Of a stretch of 64,000 nt of DNA, positions 49,616 through 61,400 are shown piece by piece; position 1 is the first letter of the stretch, and each line of letters opens with the position of its first letter. A program made the translations under genes and the position numbers. The notes beneath the pieces are model-generated. The model had not been told where the DNA came from, did not search any database, and saw only the letters and a program-made list of their open reading frames with translations. The stretch comes from an uncultured Acidobacteriaceae bacterium (GTDB lineage Bacteria; Acidobacteriota; Terriglobia; Terriglobales; Acidobacteriaceae): contig CAVVAP010000006.1 of NCBI GenBank assembly GCA_963746205.1, forward strand, positions 52,066 to 116,065. Reading direction: 5' to 3'.

Positions 49616-49750
49616 GAACCCCCTTCGCAATTGAAGTGAGATTCTAGCAGTTACGGAGTCCGATGCTCAGCTGGGAAGGCCGCGGGAAAACTCAGCTTTC
49701 AATCTTGCACGGCAAGGGCGTGAATTCCAGTGGGTGGGGAAAAACTCGAT

Positions 49751-50434
49751 CTAAATCTTTGCCTGCGCCTGCGCTTTCGCCTTAAGCCGCACCTGCCCGT
49801 CCTGCATCTCGACCGAGTATTCCACCGCCTCGCAGCCGTGCTGCCGACGAATCTCGCTCGTCTTCTTCTTGACGAATGCGGCGAACGAACTGAGGTCGCC
49901 GGAAGGCTTCTCGCCCGACTTCTCCTTCGCTTGTGTCAGCGCTTTGAACAGAGACTCCACCTGCTCGCGCTCCGACACTGCGCCCGTGCACTGCACCGAA
50001 AAAGGCTGCTTCAGCGGCTCTGGCGCTGGAACCTCCGCAATCGCGCTGGCCCCGCCAGCGCTGGCCGAAGCCGCCGTCTCAGCGCCATGACTGAGACCAT
50101 AGACGGTATGCTTCCGCTCCGGCTCTTCCGTCGCCCGCACCCCGCGCACTGAAAGCAGCGCATCCTGCGGCCGGCGATAGCCTTCCTCGCGAATTCGCAT
50201 TTTCTTTCGCCACAACTCAGCCTGGATGGCATAGCGCTGGGCCATCGCGTTGTACTTATAGCGCTGCGAAAAATTGAGCTGCGGACTGTCGCTGAACTTG
50301 CGAATCAGCGACAGCACCTTCCATTCCACGTCCGTCGGAGGCCGTTTGGAGGGATTGTTAAAGAACATCTCATATTCGATCTTCAAACGCCGAAGTTGCT
50401 GTTCCAGCAAATCGAGCTCTTCGTCAAGCGTCAC
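49751..50434 (-). CDS. Conserved hypothetical protein (coiled-coil N-terminus)
   Basis: GTG at 50434 is preceded by AGGAGGGAG. The sequence begins VTLDEELDLLEQQLRRLKIEYEMFFNN... I cannot name a family with confidence. Confidence 0.6.
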   Translation of the reverse strand: MTLDEELDLLEQQLRRLKIEYEMFFNNPSKRPPTDVEWKVLSLIRKFSDSPQLNFSQRYKYNAMAQRYAIQAELWRKKMRIREEGYRRPQDALLSVRGVRATEEPERKHTVYGLSHGAETAASASAGGASAIAEVPAPEPLKQPFSVQCTGAVSEREQVESLFKALTQAKEKSGEKPSGDLSSFAAFVKKKTSEIRRQHGCEAVEYSVEMQDGQVRLKAKAQAQAKI

Positions 50435-50622
50435 AAAACTCCCTCCTGCCTTTAGCCTATCGGCGGTGGAGCGGCATGGCGAGGTTCCAACCGGACACGC
50501 GAGGGATAGTACGAAAGTGCACAACTGCGAAAAAGTATCGAAAGTGAGCGGGAGATTGGTAGAAAGACTAAGGGAGGCTGAGGCCGAGAAACGACAAAAG
50601 ACGCCGGAAAGCTTGAGTTCCC

Positions 50623-50970
50623 CTATTTCGTGCCGCCCGAGGCCATCTTCTTCACCATCGCCAGCACCAGCTTTCGATCGCTGTCGTTCAGATTCGCCGA
50701 GTAGCGGCGCATCTGGCTCAGAAAACGGACTTCGTCGTCGGAGAGCTGCGGTAAGCCCTTGTGTCCGTTGCTGTTACCGTCGGCAAAGAATTGTGACAAC
50801 GCCAAGTCCATCGCCCCGGCGATCTTGGCCAGCGTATCCAGGGAGGGAATCGTGTGGCCATTCTCAACCCGCGACAAATAACAGCGCAACAGGCCGGTGC
50901 GCTTCTCGATGTCGCCCTGGGACATGCTGCGCTGCAGCCGGAAATTGCGGATGGTCTCACCGATATTCAT
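50623..50970 (-). CDS. XRE-family helix-turn-helix transcriptional regulator
   Basis: MNIGETIRNFRLQRSMSQGDIEKRTGLLRCYLSRVENGHTIPSLDTLAKIA is a classic Cro/C1-type HTH. Confidence 0.85.
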   Translation of the reverse strand: MNIGETIRNFRLQRSMSQGDIEKRTGLLRCYLSRVENGHTIPSLDTLAKIAGAMDLALSQFFADGNSNGHKGLPQLSDDEVRFLSQMRRYSANLNDSDRKLVLAMVKKMASGGTK

Positions 50971-51184
50971 AGAAACAACCGACTCAAAGCCAAGAAAAAA
51001 GATTTGTGCATAGTAACCAGAGTAGTACCGTCTGGCAAGTGGAAATTCCAGATTCCAACCCGCAGCTTCACCGTTTCAGCAAAGCCTGCGCCTGTCGAAT
51101 TCTACGCGAAAAGGGAAATTGCTACCTGTCTATCCACCCCTGAGACCCATCCTCTGGTCTAAGGCGTGTCTTCAAACCGTATCT

Positions 51185-52618
51185 TCAAACAGTGCCTTCG
51201 AATAACGACCATAGCCGATCCGCAGTAACCCGATAGATGGCATAGACGCTGCCTTGATCCGAGGTCTGCCGGAAAAGCAACTCGCCTCGCCCGTCACCGT
51301 CGGCATCGACCGCATCGATCAACTGCATGCGCGGCGTGACATCAAGGTGCCGGGAGTCGGTCTGCGAAAAAAATAATTTGTGCAGTTCGCCCTCCAGGTC
51401 GGTGCGCGCGATCAGCGTGATTTCCTCCGGCTCCTCGGAACTGCCTGCCGGAGGCCGAGTTTTGGCCGCCAGCACGAGGATAGGCTCGTTGGAACCGGAA
51501 AGATCGAAAATGCGCAGGCTCACATCGCCGAATACAGGTTTGGAAACACCACCCGATTTGCCGCGCGACTTACTCGCCTTCGACTGCTCTGCGGAAGCGG
51601 TTGGTTTGCCCGCGCCGCCGGCCGAACTGTGAAGCAGCGTCGTGGCCAGATCGAACATTTTGTTGCGGTAGATGGCTTCTTCAGCGGGCTTAATATCGTA
51701 GGTGTAAGGTCGCGGTTCGGGTCCTCCCGCATCGGAGACCGCCGGAATGAGAGTCACCAGCGTCGCGCCAGCGGCGGTATCCTTCGCGGCGGAGTCGGGC
51801 TTCGTCCCGCTCGCAGTCGCCTGCACGTCCGTCAGCGGCTCAAAGGTTGTGAAGGGTTCGTGCTGCTCGCTTTTGTCCGGTTTTCCACGCCGCAACCGGG
51901 GACGATTCGGATCCTGTATCTGCTCGTCGGTGGCAGATGCACTGCTATCGGCGGAGGGTTTCGATGGCGCCGCTGGAGTGTCAGCCGTTTTCGCGCCATC
52001 GGATGTCCCGGCCGGGCTCGCCGTGGGGGACGCTGCTGGCGAGGCGGCGGTTTTGTCTTTGTTGTTGTCCCCGTCTTTATCTTTATCCTTATCCTTATCC
52101 TTATTCGAACCGCCTTCGGTATCCGTCTTTTCAGCCCGCCGGTGCAGCACCGGCCGGTCGTCCTTATCGTCCTCCGTGATCACCGGAGCCGAATATTTTT
52201 TCTTTTTCTGGGGATCGATCGCACCCGCCGGCAGCCATTTTCCTTCCGCAATCCAGTTGCGATTCAGTTGTCCCGGCTGTGTAATCGTGAAAATACCCTG
52301 CGATACCCCCGCGCGAAAGCCTTCATAGACGACGCCAAAGTCGAGCGCCATGGGAACCGGCGAGGCCTTATACGAGCCGGCATCGTAAAATTTCCCGTCG
52401 ATCATGATGGCAATGGGAATGATGCGAGCCTTGCCCTTGGCGGAAAGCTGCACCAGGCCCACCGCCCGCGGTCCCTTGTCAGGCGCGGCTTTTCGCCCGT
52501 ACTGTTGGCTCAGAATCTGGCCCGCCAGCCACGAATTGGCCAGCAGAATGGTGGCCGCCAGCGTGACGGCGAACCTCCGCTTGCGGTATAACCAAGATCG
52601 GTAAGGAGAATTTTCCAT
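51185..52618 (-). CDS. Hypothetical membrane-anchored protein with a K/D- and P/A/S-rich linker
   Basis: ATG at 52618 (MENSPYRSWLYRKRRFAVTLAATILLANSWLAG) gives an N-terminal TM segment. I recognise no family. Confidence 0.6.
   Translation of the reverse strand: MENSPYRSWLYRKRRFAVTLAATILLANSWLAGQILSQQYGRKAAPDKGPRAVGLVQLSAKGKARIIPIAIMIDGKFYDAGSYKASPVPMALDFGVVYEGFRAGVSQGIFTITQPGQLNRNWIAEGKWLPAGAIDPQKKKKYSAPVITEDDKDDRPVLHRRAEKTDTEGGSNKDKDKDKDKDGDNNKDKTAASPAASPTASPAGTSDGAKTADTPAAPSKPSADSSASATDEQIQDPNRPRLRRGKPDKSEQHEPFTTFEPLTDVQATASGTKPDSAAKDTAAGATLVTLIPAVSDAGGPEPRPYTYDIKPAEEAIYRNKMFDLATTLLHSSAGGAGKPTASAEQSKASKSRGKSGGVSKPVFGDVSLRIFDLSGSNEPILVLAAKTRPPAGSSEEPEEITLIARTDLEGELHKLFFSQTDSRHLDVTPRMQLIDAVDADGDGRGELLFRQTSDQGSVYAIYRVTADRLWSLFEGTV
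52074..52103 (-). repeat. Five tandem hexanucleotide units (TCTTTA/TCCTTA) encoding a (KD)n tract
   Basis: The units were read directly. They translate on the minus strand to KDKDKDKDKD inside the 51185..52618 ORF. Confidence 0.8.
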
Positions 52619-53126
52619 GAAAGCCAGTGGCAAGATCGGTGTCAATGTCGATGTCAGTGTCGAACTTAATGTTAATGATAAATCCCCGGACTTCAGTACG
52701 ACGGATGAGAATGGCAAAGAGGTTGCCTTAAAGGACTTTCGCGGCAAGACCGTGGTGCTTTATTTTTACCCCAAAGCCGATACCCCGGGCTGCACCAAGG
52801 AAGCTTGCGGCTTCCGCGACCGCTACAAGGAAATCAAGAAGACCGGCGTCGTCCTCCTCGGAATTTCCGCCGACACCTCGGGAGCCCAGAAGAAATTCCA
52901 GGACAAATTCAGCCTGCCTTTCCCATTGCTCGCCGATCCCGTGAAGAAAATCGCCAACCTGTTCGGAGTGGTGAAAGAAAAAAACATGTATGGCAAGAAA
53001 GTGAAGGGCATCGCCCGGACGACTTTCGTGATCGGCCCCGACGGCAAGATCAAACACGTCTTCCACAACGTGAAAGCGGAAGGCCACGCCGACGAAGTGC
53101 TGGCCTACCTGAAAGAAGCAGCCTGA
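52617..53126 (+). CDS. bcp: Thiol peroxidase Bcp (peroxiredoxin Q type)
   Basis: ..SPDFSTTDENGKEVALKDFRGKTVVLYFYPKADTPGCTKEACGFRD.. The only in-frame start is ATG 52617, which gives a 16-aa extension over the usual N-terminus. Confidence 0.9.
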   Translation: MKASGKIGVNVDVSVELNVNDKSPDFSTTDENGKEVALKDFRGKTVVLYFYPKADTPGCTKEACGFRDRYKEIKKTGVVLLGISADTSGAQKKFQDKFSLPFPLLADPVKKIANLFGVVKEKNMYGKKVKGIARTTFVIGPDGKIKHVFHNVKAEGHADEVLAYLKEAA

Positions 53127-53163
53127 TCGCTAAGCCACAACTTCTGCGTACGCGACCGAACCC

Positions 53164-53817
53164 GTGACCAGCCTGCATTCTCCGCCGCTACGCTCCGCGG
53201 TTACGCTGCCCGCCGCGTTCTTCGATCGTGACCCACGGCGAGTCGCGCGCGCATTGCTCGGCAAACTGCTGATCCGTAGGGATCCCGCTGGAATCATGGC
53301 CGGCCGCGTCGTCGAAACCGAAGCCTACCTCGGCTCCGGCGACCTGGCCGCGCACACTGCCGCGGGATGCACACCGCGGAACTCCGTGCTCTTCGGACCT
53401 CCCGGCCGCGCCTATGTGTATTTCATTTATGGAAATTACTTCTGCCTGAATGTTTCCTGCCTGCCGGATGGCGAACCGGGCGGCGTGTTGTTTCGTGCGC
53501 TGGAGCCAGTTGCGGGCATTCCTCAGATGGCAAAAGCTCGCGGTATGAGCTTGACGAAATCCGGTCTCGCTGACGTCTCCCAGCTCAAAAGGATTTCTTC
53601 CGGCCCCGGCCGAATGGCCGAGGCCCTGGAAATCACTCGCCTCCGCGACAACGCAAAAAACCTTACCAGCGCGCGCTCCGATCTGCGCCTTGCCGACGAT
53701 GGTTACCGTGTCCGCGGCGTAATCGTCACTCCGCGAATCGGTATCGTAAAATCGGCGGATCAACTGCTGCGCTATATCATAAACGGAAACCCTTTTGTTT
53801 CCGGACCTATGCGATAG
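53164..53817 (+). CDS. DNA-3-methyladenine glycosylase (Mpg/AAG family)
   Basis: ..VARALLGKLL...GRVVETEAYLG..D.A.H...G.TPRN..LFGPPGRAYVYFIYG.. The start is GTG. Confidence 0.88.
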   Translation: MTSLHSPPLRSAVTLPAAFFDRDPRRVARALLGKLLIRRDPAGIMAGRVVETEAYLGSGDLAAHTAAGCTPRNSVLFGPPGRAYVYFIYGNYFCLNVSCLPDGEPGGVLFRALEPVAGIPQMAKARGMSLTKSGLADVSQLKRISSGPGRMAEALEITRLRDNAKNLTSARSDLRLADDGYRVRGVIVTPRIGIVKSADQLLRYIINGNPFVSGPMR

Positions 53818-53871
53818 CGCCTTCGCTGCACGCCTTCACCCCCTACTAACGACTCGCCCAAGAAACCGATC

Positions 53872-54174
53872 CTACGCCGAGTGGCGCTGTTTGAAGTCCT
53901 CGATCTTACCCTTCGCGTTGTCTCTGGCGTCTTCCACCGATTGGCTGACCTTGGCGCGCGTTTCGCTGGCCTTCTCGCTGGCCGACTCTTTGTGCGACTG
54001 GGTCACGGTGTGCGCCGCATCCTTTACATTGCCCCAAGTCTCCTTGACCGCTCCCTTGGCCTGATCGACGACCCCTTCATTCGCCAGACGGTCGTTGCCC
54101 ACCGCTTCTCCAATGCCCTGCTTCGCCTTGCCTACCGCCTGATCCACTTTCCCGGAAAATTGATCCTTATTCAT
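53872..54174 (-). CDS. CsbD-family stress-response protein
   Basis: MNKDQFSGKVDQAVGKAKQGIGEAVGNDRLANEGVVDQAKG is the CsbD motif. Confidence 0.85.
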   Translation of the reverse strand: MNKDQFSGKVDQAVGKAKQGIGEAVGNDRLANEGVVDQAKGAVKETWGNVKDAAHTVTQSHKESASEKASETRAKVSQSVEDARDNAKGKIEDFKQRHSA

Positions 54175-54329
54175 AATTTCTCCTTTGCGCTTTGAGCTAC
54201 AGACTACTTTCTCAGACTAAGGCGTCGTGGTCGCAACCTGCCATAGGGCGAACACCGTAGGGGGACTATGGGGAGGAAATTTCGTGGTACCGCAGTCGAG
54301 CAAACGAAGCAGCGAAAAAAACAAGGTCG

Positions 54330-57300
54330 CTAGCGCAACTTCTCGTATTCCGCTTTCGCCTGTTTCAAGACCGGCACGTCAGGATCGGCGTCTTTCCAGG
54401 CGGCAAAAAAGTCTTGGTAAGCCGCCTTGGCCTGCGGAGTGCTGCCCTGCAGCGCGAAGGCGCGTCCCAGCCCGAGATGGGAGAGGTTGTAGATTACGTT
54501 GATCGGTTCAACACCGCGATGGGCGAGTATCTTCTGGAATTCCGCGGCCGCCCTGGCGCCATCTTTCTGGCGCAGATAAGCCAGACCGCGAACGTAATTA
54601 ACGGCATAGCCTGCCGAGCCCGGACCGCTGCCCATTTCGTAAGAAGCAGCCACTTCCAGTCGCGCTACCGCCTGCGCCGGCCGATCACGCCCCAGGTCGT
54701 CATAAGCCTGCGCCAGGGGCACCGACACTTTATTGAGCAGCGTGTTCGTGGGCTCCTCGCGCACCAGGTCGTCCGCCATTTTTTGGCTGCGCGCGGCATC
54801 GCCGGTCTGCGCCAGTCCTACCGTTACAATTTCGCGCGTGTCGCGGTCCTGCGAAGTGGCCAACGCCTGGGACAACTTCTGGCGAGCTTCCGCGACATTG
54901 CCCACCGCGGCTTCGTCCCGAACCCTCCACCGCCAGGATGATTCCCCCGAGTTCCTTGTAGCCCATGCGCTGCGCGGAAAGTTCACTCTTGACGCAACCC
55001 TCGCGCGCCGCCCGCAGCTTGCCCAGGGCAAAATCCGAGCGGGCATTGAACCATACAATGAAGGGCTCATAGGGATTTCCTATCGACCACTCCACCTCGC
55101 GGCGTTTCGCGGCCTCGTCGCCGCGAAGGAAGGCCAGCTCGAAAAGCGTGAAGTGCACCGACTCGCCCAATTTCTGCGCCACCGCCTGCTCCGCTACCGC
55201 CCGCGACTCCTCAAAACGGTTCGTCCGCTCATAGGCGTCGGCCAGGTTCTGGTAAGCGTAACCATCCTTGGGATCCATGCGCATCGACTCGCTGGATAAT
55301 GCGACGGCTTTCTCCTGCTGCCCGGTGACCTGATAACGTAACGCCAGGTTATCGCGCGGCGCGCTGTCGCGCGGGTAAATTTGCAACCACTGCTGGTAGG
55401 TCTCGATCGCCCGGTCGATATCGCGAGTCACAATGTCGTAGTAGTGCGAGGAAATGTAAAAGCGCTCGCGGTCGCTGGTTCGGTCCTTCAAATCGAAGGC
55501 TTTGGTTATATAAGTATTCGCCAGCGCTCCCTGACTCAGATTGCTGTAGGAAACGCCCAGCGTGGCGTAAGCCATGGCGAAGTTCGGATCCAGTTCGACG
55601 GCGCGGCGCAGCGGGGGGATGGCCTTGGAATCGTCGAGCTTTAAATGCTCGGCCTCCCCCTGGCTGAACGCCTGCAGCGCCTCGAGCGATGAAGTGGTGG
55701 CTTGTTCCAGTGGAGTGGTGAACTTCTGCACCGAACCAATCGATTCGCCCAGCTTGCTGCGCAAGCTCGAAGCCGCCGAATCGAGCGATTTCAGAACCTT
55801 CTCCTTGCTGTCGGCCTCGATTTCTTCGCGCGCCAGCACGTCGCCGTTTTGCGCATTCAGCGCCGCCACGGTGATGACATAATGGCTCCCCAAACTGGCG
55901 ATGGAGCCCGTGAGCATGGCTTTAGCGCCTTCCCGCAGGCAAATCTCGCGCGCGATATCGTTGCTGATGCGTTCGTCAGGCTGGCGCCCCATGAAGCGCA
56001 GAGCGGCACGAATGCGCGACTCCGGCAACAGGTTGAGATAGGGAGATTGCTCCAGTTGCACCGCCAGCGCCTGCTTCAGCGTGCCGTCAAACACCGCATC
56101 GCCGGTGGTGTTGACGAAGTCCGCGAGAACAACCGTATCTTTTTCATTAAGCGCGCTGGCTCGCCGCGAGCGTAGCCACAAGCCTCCGCCGAACAACAGC
56201 GCGATCACCACGGCGGCAATAACCGCTGGAATTTTCCATGATTTGGTCGCGGCCGCCACGGCGGTACTGCTCCCGCCCGCCGACGCCACTGCGCCCGCCG
56301 AACTCCCCGCCGCCACGCCCGAAGCGGATAAAGCCGGTTGCGCCGATCGCTGTGACCCCGATTGCGGCGACGATTGCGACGATGGATGTGACGACGGATG
56401 CGATGCCGGCCCCGATCCGGACTCCTGCGCCGCCGGAACCGATCCCGAAATCGAAGCCACCGCGCGCCCCGTTTCCGTGTCGCGCTTCAGGCGCTGCAAA
56501 TCGGCGCGAATATCCGCCGCATGCTGATACCGCAGATTGCGGTCCTTCTCCAAAGCTTTGTTGATGATGTCTTCCAGCTTCGCCGGCAGATCGGGATTGA
56601 GCCGCACCGCCGGAACCGGAGCCCGGTCGAGGATCGCCTGGAAGATCAAGGCCGACGTGTCTCCGCGAAATGGCACCATACCGGTGGCCATCTCATAGAG
56701 CACGGCGCCGAACGAAAACAAATCGGTGCGCGCATCCAGTTCTTTTCCTTTAGCCTGCTCCGGCGACATGTACGCCACCGTCCCGATGGCCGAACCCGGA
56801 CTGGTCAGGTGCTCTTCCGCAATCACCGTTTCCACCGTAACTCCCGGCGCATCCGCAGATGAGGACCGCGTCGTCGTCTGCGTGACCTTGGCTAAGCCAA
56901 AATCCAGTATTTTCGCGTGTTCGCGCTTGGTCACGAAAATGTTCGCCGGCTTGATGTCGCGATGCACAATTCCCTGCGCGTGCGCCGCATCCAGCGCGTC
57001 GGCGATCTCGATGCCCAGCGCCAGCAGCGAATCCAAATCCATGGGCCGGTTGCCAATGCGGTGTTTCAGGGTGGCCCCGTCGAGATACTCCATGACGATG
57101 TAGGCCTTGCCGTCCTGCTCGCCAATATCGTAGATAGTGCAGATGTTGGGATGACTCAGAGCCGAGGCCGCCCGCGCCTCCCGCCGGAAACGCTCCAGCG
57201 CCAGCCGGTCCTGGGCCACATCCTCGGGAAGAAATTTCAGCGCCACAAAGCGATCCAGGCGCGTGTCTTCCGCCTTATAGACCACGCCCATGCCGCCGCC

Positions 57301-57348
57301 ACCCAGCTTCTCGACAATCCGATAATGCGAGATAACCTCGCCGATCAT
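54330..57348 (-). pseudogene. Ser/Thr protein kinase with a TM segment and C-terminal TPR region, interrupted by one frameshift
   Basis: Hanks kinase motifs are present ([29 protein letters not shown]). The TPR tail continues in ORF 54330..55070 from ..[16 protein letters not shown]. The frames meet at about 54921-54935 (GGG run). Confidence 0.88.
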
Positions 57349-57475
57349 GCATCCCCTCGCGTAGGGCTGAAATCTTACGGACGGCCAAACCTCAAGTCAA
57401 TCGTTGTGGAACTAAAGTCAGTTCCGGGCAATGGCAGGCTCGAACGGGTGATGGGGAACAGGCCTTTACAGGCTT

Positions 57476-58387
57476 CTACAGTTTCAGTCCCTTCAGATAA
57501 TCGCGGAAGTCTCCGCCCAGATCCGCGCGCTTCAGGGCGAATTCCACCGTGGCTTTGAGGAACCCCAGCTTGTCTCCCGTGTCGTGCCGCCGCCCGTCGT
57601 ACACATAGGCATAAACTTTCTCGCGTTGCAGCAACCCGCGCAGCCCGTCGGTAAGCTGTAGTTCGCCGCCCGCTCCCGGCTTGATTTCCGATAGCGTCTC
57701 GAAAACCGTGGGCGTAAGAATGTAGCGCCCAATCACCGCCAGATTCGAGGGCGCGTCCGCCAGCTTGGGCTTTTCCACCATGTCGAGAACTTCAAACAGC
57801 TTGCCGCCCGAACCCTCGACCTCTTTCGCTTTGATCACGCCATACGCCGAAATCGCCGCACCCTCAACAATCTGCGTGGCAATCACCGAGCACTGCTTTT
57901 CCTCGAAGACGTTCATCAACTGCTTCAGCACCGGAACTTCCGCGTCAATGACGTCGTCGGCCAGCAGCGTGGCAAAAGGCTCCTCGCCAATCAACTCGCG
58001 CGCCGTGAGCACGGCGTGTCCCAGTCCCAGCGCCTCTTTCTGCCGCACGTAGGCGACAAAAATCATGTCGGAGATCTGGCGCACAATCTTGAGCAGATCG
58101 TGCTTGCCTTTTTCCTCCAGCATCTTTTCGAGTTCGTAGCTGACGTCGAAATGATCTTCGATGGCGCTCTTGCCGCGCCCCGTAATGATGATGATCTGGT
58201 CGCATCCCGCCGCCACCGCCTCTTCCACCCCATATTGAATGATGGGCTTATCCACCAGCGGCAGCATTTCCTTCGGCTGCGCCTTGGTGGCGGGGAGAAA
58301 GCGCGTGCCTAACCCGGCCGCGGGGAAAATAGCTTTGCGGACTTTGCGGTTCTTGCGGCGGTCGCTATCGCTTCGTCGTTCCTGCAT
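57476..58387 (-). CDS. galU: UTP--glucose-1-phosphate uridylyltransferase
   Basis: ..AIFPAAGLGTRFLPATKAQPKEMLPLVDKPIIQY.. is the canonical GalU motif. Confidence 0.92.
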   Translation of the reverse strand: MQERRSDSDRRKNRKVRKAIFPAAGLGTRFLPATKAQPKEMLPLVDKPIIQYGVEEAVAAGCDQIIIITGRGKSAIEDHFDVSYELEKMLEEKGKHDLLKIVRQISDMIFVAYVRQKEALGLGHAVLTARELIGEEPFATLLADDVIDAEVPVLKQLMNVFEEKQCSVIATQIVEGAAISAYGVIKAKEVEGSGGKLFEVLDMVEKPKLADAPSNLAVIGRYILTPTVFETLSEIKPGAGGELQLTDGLRGLLQREKVYAYVYDGRRHDTGDKLGFLKATVEFALKRADLGGDFRDYLKGLKL

Positions 58388-58472
58388 GTTGTCCCTTTGT
58401 TGGATGATTGTAACCGCTGGCTTCAGGCTTCAGGCGTGTAGCGACCTATCGCACCTTACTGCTGGTTTGTCA

Positions 58473-61400
58473 CTATGTGGTTCCAGCCGGTACTTCGCGC
58501 GCTTCCAACTCCTCCAGTAAATCGCGCAGCGTCTGCAAAATTCCCTCGGCGCTGCTGATCTTGATGGAGAACTTCAACGTCCCATCCGGCGTAAACTGCG
58601 TGCCTCGCTGCGACGCCACGAAGCGCGCCAGCTTGCCCGCGTCGATGGCCGCCGTCTGGCTGAACTTGATATTCACAAATTCGCGTTTCCGCTCAATGGC
58701 ATTCGCGCCCACCCGCATCGCCTGCAATTTGAGCGCGGCATAATCCAGCAAATTCCTGACGGCGCGCGGGGTCTCGCCAAAGCGGTCGATCAGCTCCGAG
58801 CGCACGTCGTGCAGTTGCGATTCCGTCTCGATCCCCGCCACCCGCTTGTACATGCGCAAGCGCTGGTTCTCCTCCTTTATATAGTCGGCGGGAATGCGAA
58901 TATTCAGCCCCAGGTTCAGCTGAATCTCCGTCACTTCGACTCCCGCCTCGCCCTTCATCTCGCGCACCGCGCGTTCCAGCATCTGCGTGTAAAGTTCAAA
59001 GCCGATGGCTTCAATGTGCCCGCTCTGCTCCCCGCCCAGCAGATTTCCCGCGCCCCGCAGTTCGAGATCGAGCGCCGCAATCTTGAACCCCGCGCCGAGG
59101 TCGGAAAATTCCTTCAAAGCCGCCAGCCGCCGCCGCGCGATCGGCGTCAATTCGATTTCCGAGGGCAGAAGCAGATAGGCGTAGGCACGCCGGTTCGAGC
59201 GTCCCACGCGGCCGCGAAGCTGATACAGTTCCGACAAACCCATCCGATCGGCGCGGTTGATCAGGATGGTGTTGCATAGCGGGATGTCGAGGCCGTTCTC
59301 GATAATCGTCGTCGAAACCAGAATGTCCGCTTCGTGATGCATGAACTTCAGCATCACCTTCTCCAGTTCGCCTTCCCCCATCTGCCCGTGGCCGACGGCG
59401 ATGCGCGCGTTCGGGACCATGCCCTGCAGCTTGGCCGCAATCTCCCAAATCGTATCCACCCGGTTGTGCACGAAATAAACCTGGCCGCCGCGATCCAGTT
59501 CCTGCTCCAGCGCTGACTGGATCAGCTTTTCGTCCCAGTTCGCTACCACTGTCTGAATCGCCATCCGGTCTTTGGGAGGAGTTTCAATCACGCTCATGTC
59601 CCGCAAGCCCACCAGCGACATATGCAGCGTGCGCGGAATCGGCGTTGCCGACATGGTCAGCACGTCCACCGAAGTCCGCATCTGCTTGATGCGTTCCTTG
59701 TGCCGCACCCCAAAACGCTGCTCCTCATCCACCACCAGCAGGCCCAGGTCGGAGAACTTCACGTCTTTCGAGAGCAGCCGGTGCGTTCCGATCAGAATGT
59801 CTACCTTGCCGGCCTCGACTCGCTGCAGAATTTCCTTGACCTGCTTCGGCGTGCGGAAGCGGCTGATCATTTCGACGGTGAGCGGAAAGGGCGCGAAGCG
59901 CTGCTTGAAAGTTTCGAAGTGCTGGAAAGCAAGTACCGTCGTCGGCGCCAGCACCGCCACCTGCTTGTTGTCGCTGAGCGCCTTGAAAGCCGCGCGCATC
60001 GCCACTTCCGTCTTGCCGTAACCGACGTCGCCGCAAAGCAGACGATCCATCGGTAATTGCGATTCCATGTCGCGCTTCACGTCCGCGATCGCCTGCGCCT
60101 GATCTTCCGTCTCGCTGTATTCGAAGGAGTCCTCGAACTCCTTCATCCACTCCGTATCCGCGGGATAGATGTGGCCCCTCGCCGCTTGCCGCTGCGCATA
60201 AAGCTTCAGCAACTCGTCCGTCATATCCTTCATCGCCTTGCGCACGCGCGCCTTGGTCTTGACCCAGGCTTGCGTTCCGAGATGGTTGAGGACCGGTTTT
60301 GCTCCCTCTGACGAGCGATATTTCTGCACCAGATCGAGGCGCGTGAGCGGAACATAAAGCCGCGCGCCCTCCGAGTATTCCAGCAGCATGAACTCCGCCA
60401 CGCCGTCGCCCTGGTTGATTTCCTTGAGCCCCTGGTACTGCCCGATGCCGTGTTCCACGTGCACCACGTAATCTCCCACCTGCAAATCGCGGAAGTCGGA
60501 AAGAAAGGCTGAGACTTTGGATTTCTGGCGCTGCGGCCGCGCCGCCACCAGGTCCGATTCGTCGAACAGGTCGCGCGCCCCAAAGATTGCCAGATGCGCC
60601 TCCGGCAGCGCGAAGCCATCCGGAAGATAAGCCTTCACCAGAGTCGTCGTTAGAACGTCGCCGGCAAAATAAGAGGTCTCGTCGGCATAGCTCTCGCCGC
60701 TGCGGGTGCGGCTTCCCAGGCGATACGACGCGTTGTACTCGGTGAACATATCGGCCAGGCGCTCGACCTCGCCGGTATTCGGAACAGCGAGAACCACCTG
60801 CGTGCCGCCGCCCACCATTTTCTGAACCTGCTCGATGAGCGCGGGCACCGCTCCATGGAAGCGCGTGGCGGGCTGCGAGACAAAAACCGCTTCCGGCCTT
60901 TTCTGGTTGGCTACGCCGGCCGCGTCGGCCGCCCACGTCACCGCCAGATATTCAAAATCGGCGCCGCTCAGCGCGGACGTGGCTTCCCGCCAGGCTTCCG
61001 GCGTCACGTAGAGATCCTCCGGTCGCACCAGATTCCCCACCCCGCTACGCTCGTGCGCTTCCTCAATTCGCGCCCAGACTTTGTCGAGTTCCAGATGCAA
61101 CGTTTCCGGCTCGTCGAGAATCACCCGCGCGTCCGGAAGCAATCCGAAAATGCTGCGGTCCGCGCCCGCCACCGGCGCATAGAACTCCCAGCCCGGAAAA
61201 ACGCCCGCGCCGGAATCGCGCGCCGCCCGTTCCACCACCTCGGCTGCACCGGCGATACGCTTGCCGGTAAGCCGCGCGTTAATTGACGCCAGCAAATCCT
61301 CCGTCACCGGCGTCTCGGTAAGGGGCAGAAGCAGTGCCTCATCCACCGGATTCGAAGACCGCTGGCTGGCCGGATCGAACTTGCGCATCGACTCGATTTC

